Assembly (NCBI GenBank): GCA_965140585.1
Contig: OZ223264.1
Span: 864,001 to 928,000, forward strand
Origin: Spirochaetia bacterium
Lineage (GTDB): Bacteria; Spirochaetota; Spirochaetia; UBA9216
Length of the DNA: 64,000 nt
Direction: 5' to 3'
Numbering within the stretch: the stretch's first letter is position 1; the number at the start of each line of letters is the position of its first letter. This document shows, in pieces, positions 10,089-19,677 of this stretch. The notes beneath the pieces are model-generated. The model was not told where the DNA came from. It did not search any database and worked only from the letters and a program-made list of their open reading frames with translations. The position numbers and the translations under genes were made by a program.

Positions 10089-10187
10089 TAATTCTGATTA
10101 AAACTGTTAATATACTGTTGGTTATTGACTAGCTATGTTAATATGAATTAGAAATAGAAAAGGGTATTTCATATTTATTATGTATAA

Positions 10188-10973
10188 ATGGAGGATTCAT
10201 TTTTGGAAGAGAAATCAAAAGAAAATGTCAAAGCATTGGAAAAGGCTCTTATTATTTTGGAAATGATAAAGGAATCAAAAATTCCTCTGGGAGTAAATGA
10301 AATATCCAGACAATGCAAGATAAATCTGACGACAGCTTTCAGGATCCTTCAAACATTTAAAAGTAAGGGGTGGGTCTATCAGAATTCAGAAGATAAGTAC
10401 ATTATCGGGATGAAAGTTTCATTTGTTACTGATAGAAACAATTTCTACCTTGCTCTTAAAGAAATAGCATATTACACAATGGCAAGATTAAGTGCAAAAG
10501 TATCTCAAGCCATGAATTTGATAGTGAGAGAGAATGAAAAGTGCTTTATTCTGCAGCAGTCCCGGACGGATAAAATTGTAGATTATGTTCCTCCTATAGG
10601 TACAGTTCTTCCTATCTATGCCAGTGCCGGCGGAAAAGTACTGCTGGCTGAACTTCCGGAAATGCTTCTTGAAGAGATTCTGGATATGCTTGATTTTAAA
10701 CCGCTTACGAAATACACAATTATCAGGCGATCAGTTTTTCTTGAAGAGCTTCAGAAAGTTAAAACACTTGGCTATGCAATTGATGAGCATGAATCCCAGG
10801 AGGAAGGGTTTTGTCTTGCTGTTCCGGTAAGAAACCGGGAGAATGAAATAATAGCAGCTTTATCTTTTTCCGGATTTATTGGAACCTTGAATGAAACAGA
10901 AATAAAGGATTGCTATTTAACTCTTAAAGAAGCTTCCGAAGAGATAACAGGAAATCTTTACAAGTACCAGTAA
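10188..10973 (+). CDS. IclR family transcriptional regulator
   Basis: VKALEKALIILE wHTH, LPIYASAGGKVLLA, GYAIDEHE..CLAVPV. Confidence 0.92.
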   Translation: MEDSFLEEKSKENVKALEKALIILEMIKESKIPLGVNEISRQCKINLTTAFRILQTFKSKGWVYQNSEDKYIIGMKVSFVTDRNNFYLALKEIAYYTMARLSAKVSQAMNLIVRENEKCFILQQSRTDKIVDYVPPIGTVLPIYASAGGKVLLAELPEMLLEEILDMLDFKPLTKYTIIRRSVFLEELQKVKTLGYAIDEHESQEEGFCLAVPVRNRENEIIAALSFSGFIGTLNETEIKDCYLTLKEASEEITGNLYKYQ

Positions 10974-11072
10974 TTTAAAACCGGTGTATTCATTTTGCTT
11001 CAGTCAGAAGCTTCTGCATACCAGTCCACTTAAAACAATCAGCCCCTTCTGTTATAGTAGGAGAGGTTTTTT

Positions 11073-11993
11073 ATGAGATACACAGTAATAGGCACCGGAG
11101 CAATAGGCTCCTACTACGGCGGACGCTTACAGCAGTCCGGATTAATGGTTAATTACCTGGCCAGAAGTGACTATGAACATCTTAAGAGTTCAGGCATGGT
11201 CATTGAGTCAATAAACGGTGATTTTAAATTAGAAGATATAGCAGCTTTTAAGAAGGCTGAAGATATTCCTGAAACCGACGTTGTCCTGGTTTCTTTGAAA
11301 ACAACAGCAAATTCAAAGCTTCCTGATCTGATAAGGCCGCTGGTACACCGCGGTACAGTTATTCTTGTGCTTCAAAATGGTCTTGATATGGAAGAGGAGC
11401 TTCGGACGGCCTTTCCAGAGGCCAGGGTTATGGGCGGAATGTGTTTTATATGTTCATTCAGGAAGGCTCCTGGGCATATTATGCATGTTGATAAGGGCTC
11501 AATACTGGCTGCACCTCTGGATCCTGCTGACCTGCCGATTCTGAAACAGATTGAGACTGATTTTATTGCAGCCGGAATTGAGTTTAAAAGCAGTGAAGAT
11601 CTGAGAACCTCCCGATGGAGTAAACTGCTTTGGAATATTCCGTTTAACGGGCTTTCCGTTATTCTGAATGCCACTACAAGCGATATTCTTTCCAGCCGTC
11701 AGGGCGAAACAATAGTTAGAAAGCTAATGTCGGAGGTTGTTCAGGGTGCCAGGGCTGACGGCTGCAGTTTGAATGAAAGCCAGATTGAGCCGATGATTGA
11801 TTTTACAAGGGTAATGACTCCGTATAAGCCGAGTATGAAACTTGATTTTGAATCAGGGAGACCGATGGAAATTGATTACATGTTCCGGAAACCGCTTAAG
11901 GCTGCAGAAAAAAAAGGTATTGAGCTGCCGTCTATTACAATGATTGCGGATCAGCTTGAAATTCTGGAAGGGCTAAATAATCAAGATTGCTGA
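11073..11993 (+). CDS. panE: 2-dehydropantoate 2-reductase (ketopantoate reductase)
   Basis: GTGAIG, LQNG, WSKLLWNIPFN, PSMKLD...RPMEID. Confidence 0.85.
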   Translation: MRYTVIGTGAIGSYYGGRLQQSGLMVNYLARSDYEHLKSSGMVIESINGDFKLEDIAAFKKAEDIPETDVVLVSLKTTANSKLPDLIRPLVHRGTVILVLQNGLDMEEELRTAFPEARVMGGMCFICSFRKAPGHIMHVDKGSILAAPLDPADLPILKQIETDFIAAGIEFKSSEDLRTSRWSKLLWNIPFNGLSVILNATTSDILSSRQGETIVRKLMSEVVQGARADGCSLNESQIEPMIDFTRVMTPYKPSMKLDFESGRPMEIDYMFRKPLKAAEKKGIELPSITMIADQLEILEGLNNQDC

Positions 11994-12022
11994 CCTTCGG
12001 TTTAAGCAGTGAAATAGCAGCG

Positions 12023-12103
12023 ATGGTGAGTGAAAAGAGCAGTCCCGCACCCTTTGTTAAATGGGAAGGCGGAAAGCGGCAGCTGTATAAAGAGCTACCT
12101 TAA
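12023..12103 (+). pseudogene. 26-codon remnant of a second Dam-family methylase N-terminus
   Basis: Translates MVSEKSSPAPFVKWEGGKRQLYKELP*, containing the Dam N-terminal P-F-x-K-W-x-G-G-K-x-Q-L motif, in a different frame from the intact gene. Confidence 0.7.
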
Positions 12104-12134
12104 TTTTTTTTACGATATAGAGTACTATTTCACG

Positions 12135-12977
12135 GTGACATATAAAAGAAACAGACTTGTTGCTCCGGTTGTGAAATGGGTCGGTGGAAAACGTCAGTTA
12201 ATTTCAGAAATTTCTAAGTATTACCCAAAATTCTCTGGAACATATTTCGAACCATTTTTAGGTGGTGCGGCTGTTTTATTCCATTTCCAGCCAAAAGTAG
12301 CTATCGTTAATGATAATAATGCAGAATTAGTGAACTTATACAATGTAATAAAGAATAATCCGGAACTCTTGATATCGGATCTGAAGAAGCACATCAATGA
12401 TAAAGAGTATTTTTATGAGATTAGATCACTTGATCGGGATAAAGAAAAGTATGGTCGGCTGACCCCAATTGAGAGAGCCTCCAGAATATTATTCCTTAAT
12501 AAAACATGTTATAACGGTCTTTTTCGGGTAAATAGTTCAGGTGAGTTTAATACGCCTTTTGGAAGATATAAAAATCCGAATATCGTAAATGAAATAACCA
12601 TTAATGCTGTTAGTAGATATTTCAATAGTGTGGAAATCTCTATTCTAAATGTAGATTTTGAAAATGCGGTTAAGAATGCAAAAAAAGGGGATTTTGTATA
12701 TTTTGATCCACCATACGACCCCATTTCTGATAGTTCAAATTTCACTGGTTACACAAAAATTGGATTTGATAGAGCAGAACAACTAAGGTTGAAATACCTG
12801 TGTGATGACTTAAAAAAAAGAGATGTGAAATTTTTGTTATCCAATTCAGCCACAGATTTTATATGGGAACTTTATAAAGACTATAGTAGAACGAAGATAA
12901 CTGCTACACGTGCTATCAATTCAAAAGCTGAAGGCAGAGGTGTTGTTGAAGAGGTTCTTGTGAAAAATTATGACTAA
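12135..12977 (+). CDS. dam: Dam/DpnM-type (D12 class) N6-adenine DNA methyltransferase
   Basis: KWVGGKRQL, EPFLGG, NKTCYNGLFRVN..G.FNTPFG, catalytic DPPY, SNS. The start is more plausibly GTG 12135 than 12030. Confidence 0.88.
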   Translation: MTYKRNRLVAPVVKWVGGKRQLISEISKYYPKFSGTYFEPFLGGAAVLFHFQPKVAIVNDNNAELVNLYNVIKNNPELLISDLKKHINDKEYFYEIRSLDRDKEKYGRLTPIERASRILFLNKTCYNGLFRVNSSGEFNTPFGRYKNPNIVNEITINAVSRYFNSVEISILNVDFENAVKNAKKGDFVYFDPPYDPISDSSNFTGYTKIGFDRAEQLRLKYLCDDLKKRDVKFLLSNSATDFIWELYKDYSRTKITATRAINSKAEGRGVVEEVLVKNYD

Positions 12978-13200
12978 TGAATTATCTAAAAATGATTAGG
13001 TGTGGATTAAGATTTTCGATAAATACAGTATAAATAAAAGATTTAAAGAAGATGGACACTATTTTATTTCAGCTGATCAGATAAATCAGTATAGGGAAGC
13101 ACGCTTGATGACAAAATTTGATCATTATAGAAACCTTCCAAATCTTTTAAAAGAGTAAAAAGTTAATATTTTACCGATTTCAAGAGGTTTTTATATAATA
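12970..13200 (+). pseudogene. Decayed 5' fragment of a Dam-associated type II restriction endonuclease-like gene
   Basis: ATG overlaps the dam stop. Reads MTNELSKND*VWIKIFDKYSI...YFISADQINQYREARLMTKFDH..NLP.LLKE*KVNILPISRGFYII with two in-frame stops, then is cut by the IS. The REARLMTKFDH..LP..ILPISRG.YII pattern is recalled from putative REases encoded next to dam. Confidence 0.7.
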
Positions 13201-14390
13201 GGCGCTTCTAAAAACTAAAGGAAATTCAATGAATTCAAAAATCTGATATGCTTTTACTTTTGGATGAATAAATGTCAAAGCAGAAAGGTTTTTTCATAGA
13301 AGATTTAAAGCTATCAGAATTATCACAGCACGGAGATCCCTTGCAGAGATTGAGTGCAATGATTCCATGGGAAAACTTTCGGCATAAATTAAATCGTATC
13401 TTTGTAAAAGAAGCAAAAGGCCCTGGAGGAATACCTCCATACGATTATGTGATGATGTTTAAAATCCTCGTATTACAGAGAATTTATAATCTATCCGATT
13501 CGCAAATGCAGTACCAGATCATGGATCGATTATCATTTATGAGATTTCTTGGTTTGAATCTTGATGACAAAGTACCCGATGAAAAAACAATCTGGCACTT
13601 TAGAGAAGAACTTGTTGAATCAAGGAAACTTGAAATACTATTTGAACAGTTCAGGAATTATCTGATAAAAGAAGGAATACTGCTTGAGTCGGGGACAATT
13701 GTCGATGCTTCTTTTGTTGAAGTACCAAAACAAAGAAATAATAAAGACGAAAATAAAGAGATAAAAGAGGGCGAAACTCCTAAAGAGTGGTCAGACAATA
13801 AATTAAGACAAAAAGATGTGGATGCAAGATGGGTAACAAAAGGCGGGCAACGCCATTATGGCTACAAAAATCACATAAAAATTTATCGTAAATCCAAGCT
13901 TATTAACAATTATGTAGTAACCAGTGCTGCAGTTCATGACTCGCAAGTAATAGAAGAAATTTTAGAAGAATCTGATTCGCATCATGAATTATATGCTGAT
14001 AGTGCTTATAGCGGAGCTCCAATAAAAGAAATATTGTCGGAATTGAAAATCAGGAACCGGATACATGAAAAAGGCTATCGAAATAGCCCGTTAACTAAGA
14101 AACAAAAAGAGCGGAATCGAAAAAAGTCGAAGACGCGGGCGAGAGTAGAACATGTATATGGATTTATGGTTAATTCGATGCAAGGTGATTTTATCAGGTA
14201 CATAGGTCAGAAAAGAGCTGAAGCAGTGATAGGATTAAGTAACCTTGTTTATAATATGATGAGGTATATCCAGATATGTTCTGCATGAGCTGGGTAGATT
14301 GATGGATGAGGAATGTATCGACATGCCGGTACAATGATAAAAAAGCTGATGATGTTTAATACAGCATAGCTGAAGGTTTTTAGAGGCGCC
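13201..14390 (+). mobile_element. IS5-family insertion sequence
   Basis: 15-bp terminal inverted repeats GGCGCTTCTAAAAAC (13201-13215) and GTTTTTAGAGGCGCC (14376-14390), one mismatch, around a single transposase. Target duplication is ambiguous (TAA possible if the ends lie 2 bp further out). Confidence 0.9.
13272..14288 (+). CDS. IS5-family DDE transposase
   Basis: PPYD..MMFKILVLQ..YNLSD, DRLSFMRFLGL, VPDEKTIW.FRE, IVDAS, KDVDARW, GYKNH, ADSAY, RARVEH. Confidence 0.93.
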   Translation: MSKQKGFFIEDLKLSELSQHGDPLQRLSAMIPWENFRHKLNRIFVKEAKGPGGIPPYDYVMMFKILVLQRIYNLSDSQMQYQIMDRLSFMRFLGLNLDDKVPDEKTIWHFREELVESRKLEILFEQFRNYLIKEGILLESGTIVDASFVEVPKQRNNKDENKEIKEGETPKEWSDNKLRQKDVDARWVTKGGQRHYGYKNHIKIYRKSKLINNYVVTSAAVHDSQVIEEILEESDSHHELYADSAYSGAPIKEILSELKIRNRIHEKGYRNSPLTKKQKERNRKKSKTRARVEHVYGFMVNSMQGDFIRYIGQKRAEAVIGLSNLVYNMMRYIQICSA

Positions 14391-14821
14391 CTTAAGAAAA
14401 AGCCAATTCTTTATGAATTCAACAACCACTATTACAGAGCCAGCTGATCTAATATGGAAAACTTGCGTCATTCCCATAGGCGAGGTATATCCTCATCTTG
14501 ATGAAATCCAAAATATTTCATTTTTGACTTAGAAAAAGCTGATTATCAGATATCAACACCGGTCCAAAACTGTAGGAAGCACCATAAAGAGGCTTCATGA
14601 TCGAGCTAATTTAACTTTCGCATATTAAATTGTCAGTAAGGGATGCCAAAGATATTAAATGTATTAATGTGCACAAAGTACATTTCTTGCACAGGATAAT
14701 GTGCGCTTCTTATAAAGCTTAAAAAGCAGATACAGTTTTTTATTCTGAATAATTAAAAAGCGTGTTAGGCTAATTACGGTTTTAAATTTTGTTGGATAAA
14801 TATAAAACAGGAGCAAGAATA

Positions 14822-17728
14822 GTGAATATATGGGCGCGTGAATCTTTATTTTTAAAAGGCTGTGACGGCTGCAGGCTGGCAGTAGATATATATAAACCAC
14901 TGTCAGGGCATGGTCTGAAACAACTGCCTGTAATTCTTCACACCGGATACAATCCCCGACGAAGCGCATATAAAAAATTCAGTGTATTCATTGATAAGTT
15001 GATATCGGAAGGATACATTGTTGTGATTGCAGAACCGAGGGGCGTAGGTGCATCTTTCGGACGTCACGACGGGTTCTGGAGCCGGAAAGATGCCAGAGAT
15101 ATGAAGTGCATAATTGATCAGATTGGGAAGATGCCTTGGTGTAACGGCCGAGTTGGAATGTTCGGCAGTTCGAATTGCGGGATGATCCAACTGCTGACGG
15201 CGGCAGAAAAACCAGAGCATCTTAAAGCGATAATTCCATGTGATAATAATTCTGATTTTTATTACCAGAATTTCCCTAACGGGGCCTCTGCATTACCATA
15301 CCTTCCAGAGACTCATAAAGATGCTTCTTCTGAAGTTGTGCCCGTGGATGAAGATAGTGCACCGGATTTTCCTCTGGCAAAAAGCGTGCAAAACGCACAT
15401 CTTAACAACGGAAGGTTTCTGAGTCAGTATGAACCGAATATGTTTCGGGATTCTTTCAATCAGGTTCTTGGGTATGCCCCTAACCAGGAAGTGCCTGCAT
15501 GGGAGAGAGTGGAGAACATAAAATATTCCGATATCAGAGTTTATTCTAACGCATCCTGGTTTGACTCAAGCTGTACCGGTGGGGTTATCGGATATAAAGC
15601 CTACGGCGATAAATTATTAATAGGTCCATGGACTCATAGTCAAATGCACACAGGTGTATCTGCACTGGATAACGGAACCCATGACTGGATGAGTGATCAT
15701 CTAAGGTTTTTCGACGCCTGTTTAAAGGGTGAGGAGAACTCTGTCTTTAACGAACCGCCTGTGCGTTATTATATGTGTAATGGCAAGTCCGGTAATGAGT
15801 GGCGGTGGTCGGCCGATTTCCCTCTGGATAATCAGGTTCTTACTGACCTTTACCTGTCAAGTCCATCCGAATCAGATGTTTCTTCCGATGGAACTGCATA
15901 TCTGACAAGTCAGATGCCGAGGTCGGGTAAGCTTGAGTACAAAGTTGAAAAATCGGTGAATTTCTTCAACGAAACCGGAAAGATGAATAGAAGAATTGAG
16001 AGTGATCTGTCATCTCTGGACAGCCGGACTCTTGTTTTTACTTCAGAGCCGTTATCTCGCGACATTGAATTGATGGGGCTACCGTCTGTAAGTCTATGGG
16101 TAACATCTACATATGAAGACGGAAATTTTATTGCGGTTTTGGAAGAAGTTAATGAAAACGGTGAATCCCGTTACCTGACAGACGGTGCAGGCAGAGCTTC
16201 ACACTCGAAAATTACCCCGCACAGTGTATGGAATTCTTTAGGTCTGGCCTATCACTCCAGTCTGGAAAAAGATGCTGTAAAGCTTTCATCCGAGACACCG
16301 TTGAACCTCGTTTTCAATCTGGATGCTTTGTCGTCCTGTGTGAATGCTGGGTATCGATTGCGGTTAAGGATTATGTGTGCCGAGGAGGCAATGTACCAGC
16401 AGCCGAATGGGTTTCCTGCCCCCCCCCCTACAATCACCCTCTATACAGGTTCTGAGACGGCATCTTTTTTAAGGCTTCCTGTCATAAAGCCTGATTTGAA
16501 CGAATTTAGCGACGGAGAGATTTCGGTATATACCTTTAAAAGGGGTGTTTATTTTAATAAAGCCGGAAATTGGACTTACCATAAAAACGTTCAGGTTTAT
16601 TCTAAGGATGATGAAATCCGTTATGTGACGGAAGCCTTCACCGCTATTAAGAAAACAAATGGAAATACAGTGCAGCTTGGAATTGAAACGCCGGAATTCA
16701 TTTTCAAAGCCTCCGGAAACCTTCCAGAAACGGGATATCTCTCCGAGAATTCTATGGAATTGAAGTTGTTAAAACCGGATAGTTCATTCGGAAAGAATAA
16801 ATCTTCTATAGAACCGGATTTCAAGAATATCTATCTTGCTACTGTTCCGGTAAAGGCCGGGCAAAAGGGCATGCCTAATATTCAGCCCTTCTCTACTTTG
16901 GATCTTTTTATTGATGTTGCATTGCCGGATACCGGAATGGAGAAGTATCCATGTATTGTTAATATTCACGGATATAGTGGTAGTCATCATGATTTTGGTT
17001 ATCTGGCTGAACCGCTTTTAAAAAGCGGGTATGCCATTGCTTCAATTGACTACAGGGTTTATCCACCAAATATCTGGCCTGCACCGATGCATGATGTAAA
17101 GGCTGCTATTAGATTCTTAAAGGCCAATTCGAAGAAATACAAGCTCGATCCGGAACGTTTCGGGGTAATGGGCGGTTCGGCCGGCGGCCATCTGTCTGCA
17201 ATTGTGGCGGCGACAAACGGTAAGCCAGAATTTGAAGGAGACATTGCTGGCAACAATGATTTTACAAGCACCGTAAAGGCTGCGGCAATATATTTCCCAT
17301 GGACTGATATCTTCAGTTTTGGAGATGATCAGAGCATAAAATACTCAGGAAATTCTGAGAAGGTAATGATGGCAGACGGGCCTTATTCGCCGCTTGGTGC
17401 AATGGTGGGGTATTCCGGACCAGGAAAAGGGATGGGAAAATTAAAAAAACATCTTCATGATGAAAGCCCATTTTATAAAACCCTGATTGCTAAATCGATT
17501 GAAGCAAGTCCTGTCTCTCATGTTGATGAAAACAGCGCGCCATCCGTGTTTGTTCACGGGATTTTTGAAGGCGGGGTTGAAATACCTATGCAGCAGAGTA
17601 TTCGCATGTTTGAACGGCTTACGGAGAAGGGTGTGAAATCACTTCTGCTTTGTAACAATAATTGTTTCTACGGTGAAGATCCGGAAGTCCGGATGGCAGT
17701 GCTGGAATTTATAAAGCTCAGAGTCTGA
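14822..17728 (+). CDS. CocE/NonD-family hydrolase fused to a C-terminal HSL-like alpha/beta esterase domain
   Basis: RGVGASFG, PWCNGRVGMFGSS, WFD, IGPWTH, PPVRYY and a PepX_C-like region; then HG, SIDYR, HDVKAAIRFLK, GGSAGGHL, ASP. GTG 14822 follows AGGAG (ORF track starts at 14789). Confidence 0.82.
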   Translation: MNIWARESLFLKGCDGCRLAVDIYKPLSGHGLKQLPVILHTGYNPRRSAYKKFSVFIDKLISEGYIVVIAEPRGVGASFGRHDGFWSRKDARDMKCIIDQIGKMPWCNGRVGMFGSSNCGMIQLLTAAEKPEHLKAIIPCDNNSDFYYQNFPNGASALPYLPETHKDASSEVVPVDEDSAPDFPLAKSVQNAHLNNGRFLSQYEPNMFRDSFNQVLGYAPNQEVPAWERVENIKYSDIRVYSNASWFDSSCTGGVIGYKAYGDKLLIGPWTHSQMHTGVSALDNGTHDWMSDHLRFFDACLKGEENSVFNEPPVRYYMCNGKSGNEWRWSADFPLDNQVLTDLYLSSPSESDVSSDGTAYLTSQMPRSGKLEYKVEKSVNFFNETGKMNRRIESDLSSLDSRTLVFTSEPLSRDIELMGLPSVSLWVTSTYEDGNFIAVLEEVNENGESRYLTDGAGRASHSKITPHSVWNSLGLAYHSSLEKDAVKLSSETPLNLVFNLDALSSCVNAGYRLRLRIMCAEEAMYQQPNGFPAPPPTITLYTGSETASFLRLPVIKPDLNEFSDGEISVYTFKRGVYFNKAGNWTYHKNVQVYSKDDEIRYVTEAFTAIKKTNGNTVQLGIETPEFIFKASGNLPETGYLSENSMELKLLKPDSSFGKNKSSIEPDFKNIYLATVPVKAGQKGMPNIQPFSTLDLFIDVALPDTGMEKYPCIVNIHGYSGSHHDFGYLAEPLLKSGYAIASIDYRVYPPNIWPAPMHDVKAAIRFLKANSKKYKLDPERFGVMGGSAGGHLSAIVAATNGKPEFEGDIAGNNDFTSTVKAAAIYFPWTDIFSFGDDQSIKYSGNSEKVMMADGPYSPLGAMVGYSGPGKGMGKLKKHLHDESPFYKTLIAKSIEASPVSHVDENSAPSVFVHGIFEGGVEIPMQQSIRMFERLTEKGVKSLLLCNNNCFYGEDPEVRMAVLEFIKLRV

Positions 17729-17828
17729 GAATGAGAAATTGTAAAGAATATCAATTCTACTCCCGCATGCGGATGAGTATAGAGTTTTTATATACAGGAA
17801 ATATTAAAAGAATTTGGAGGAATAATTA

Positions 17829-18761
17829 ATGCTGGGTTTCATTGTAAAGCGTATTCTTATGCTTATCCCAATATTGATAGCTGTATCAATATTACTATTT
17901 ATTTTAATGTCGTTTACGCCGGGTGATCCTGCGAAGCTCATTTTAGGTTTAAATGCTTCCGATGAGAAAGTTGCGGCTCTTAGAGCCGATATGGGGTTGG
18001 ATGATCCAATTCCGGTCAGGTATTTAGTATACCTAAAGGGTGTAGTAACCAGGTTTGATCTGGGAACATCCTATATTACCGGTCGCAGTGTTACTCACGA
18101 AGTAAAGGAGCGCTTGCCTTACACCCTTCTGGTGGCCTCCTTCAGCATAGTGATAGCATTGGTTTTTGGAATTCCGCTGGGTTTTATTGCTGCAACAAAT
18201 CAGAATACGTGGAAGGATAATGCGGCCATGTTTCTTTCCCTGTTTTTTATATCTATGCCGGCGTTTTGGTTTGCCCTGATTCTTGTAATGATATTTGCGA
18301 TTAATCTGCATCTACTTCCCGTTGTCGGCATTTCAAGCTGGAAAGGCTTCATTCTGCCAGTAGTTTCTCTTGCTCTGGGCGCTACGGCTGGAATTGCGCG
18401 GCAGACAAGATCCAGTATGCTCGAGGTTATCCGCCAAGATTATATTTCCACCGCCGCCGCCAAAGGCCAGACAGATTTCAAAGTAAAAACAAATCATGTC
18501 CTTCGTAATTCATTAATTCCAATTATTGTCTATGCAGGGTCAGGACTGGGCAGAGCAATGGGCGGGGCTCTAATTGCTGAGAATATATTTTCAATACCGG
18601 GTATGGGAACGTATATGGTTAGTGCTATCGCCAGACGTGATTATCCGGTAATAATGGGCGGGGTTCTGGTCATTTCCGTATGCTTTTGCCTGATAATGCT
18701 GGCTGTGGATGTAATTATGGCATACGTGGATCCCAGGATGAGAGCTCAGATTGTCAAATAA
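17829..18761 (+). CDS. Dpp/Opp-type ABC transporter permease B
   Basis: PGDPA, DLGTS, TRSSMLEV..QDYI.TA.AKG, DPR. Confidence 0.92.
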   Translation: MLGFIVKRILMLIPILIAVSILLFILMSFTPGDPAKLILGLNASDEKVAALRADMGLDDPIPVRYLVYLKGVVTRFDLGTSYITGRSVTHEVKERLPYTLLVASFSIVIALVFGIPLGFIAATNQNTWKDNAAMFLSLFFISMPAFWFALILVMIFAINLHLLPVVGISSWKGFILPVVSLALGATAGIARQTRSSMLEVIRQDYISTAAAKGQTDFKVKTNHVLRNSLIPIIVYAGSGLGRAMGGALIAENIFSIPGMGTYMVSAIARRDYPVIMGGVLVISVCFCLIMLAVDVIMAYVDPRMRAQIVK

Positions 18762-18783
18762 TATAATGGAGGATGATTATAAT

Positions 18784-19659
18784 ATGGGAAACTCTGTCGA
18801 TTTATCGCAGATTAAAAAAAGATCTGCAGTTAAAATATTTTTTAAAAGGCTGGCAAAAAACAAACTTGCCGTAGCTGGCCTGGTAATTATTGCATTATTA
18901 GTTCTTTTAGCTTTGTTCGGACCATTAATTGCACCGTACAGTTATAAAGAGCAGGATCTCAACAATACGTTCGCAAGGTCAAGCCTGGAGCATCCCCTAG
19001 GTACTGACAATCTAGGTCGTGACGAGTTGAGTCGGCTGATCTATGGAACAAGACAATCCCTGAGAATTGGATTCATGTCCGTGCTGCTTGCATCGTTTCT
19101 GGGTACATTTTTTGGTGTAATTGCTGGTTATTACGGCGGCCTTGTGGACAATCTCCTTATGAGAATTCTAGATGTCTATCAATCAATTCCAGGGCTGATA
19201 CTATGTATCGTTCTTGCAGTAACGCTTGGGCCGGGACTCGGCAACGCGATAATTGCTTTAGGCATTGGTACTATGCCTGTTTATGCGAGGATTGTCAGGG
19301 CTCCGATGCTTCAAATTCGGAGTATGGAGTATATTGAAGCAGCTAAGGCCATAAACGCCAGCGATCGGCGCATAATTCTGAGATACGGTCTTCCCAACGC
19401 TATTGCGCCCTTGATTATCCAGATAACTATGAGTGTAGGACTCTCCATTTTAGCAGCAGCCATGCTTAGTTTTATCGGTCTTGGTGCTCAGCCCCCGCTT
19501 GCTGAGTGGGGTGCCATGCTGACGGATGGGAAAGGGTACATCAGAGACCATGGTTACCTTATTACCTATCCGGGCATAGCTATTGTCATAAGTGTGCTTG
19601 CTTTCAATTTATTCGGCGATGGCTTGCGGGATGCGCTTGATCCCCGCCTTAAAAACTAA
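18784..19659 (+). CDS. Dpp/Opp-type ABC transporter permease C
   Basis: HPLGTDNLGRD.LSRLIYG, EYIEAAKA, LSFIGLG, GDGLRDALDP; ATG 18784 after GGAGG. Confidence 0.92.
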   Translation: MGNSVDLSQIKKRSAVKIFFKRLAKNKLAVAGLVIIALLVLLALFGPLIAPYSYKEQDLNNTFARSSLEHPLGTDNLGRDELSRLIYGTRQSLRIGFMSVLLASFLGTFFGVIAGYYGGLVDNLLMRILDVYQSIPGLILCIVLAVTLGPGLGNAIIALGIGTMPVYARIVRAPMLQIRSMEYIEAAKAINASDRRIILRYGLPNAIAPLIIQITMSVGLSILAAAMLSFIGLGAQPPLAEWGAMLTDGKGYIRDHGYLITYPGIAIVISVLAFNLFGDGLRDALDPRLKN

Positions 19660-19677
19660 AAGGAATAAGGTGTTTTA

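Noticed and set aside
12030-12134. N-terminal extension of dam in the ORF track
   Set aside because: It has no Dam similarity in that frame; this DNA is the dam stub in another frame plus spacer.
12970-13200. Stop-codon readthrough or recoding in the REase-like frame
   Set aside because: The stops are of two kinds (TAG and TAA) and the gene is also truncated by an IS, so decay is the simpler explanation.
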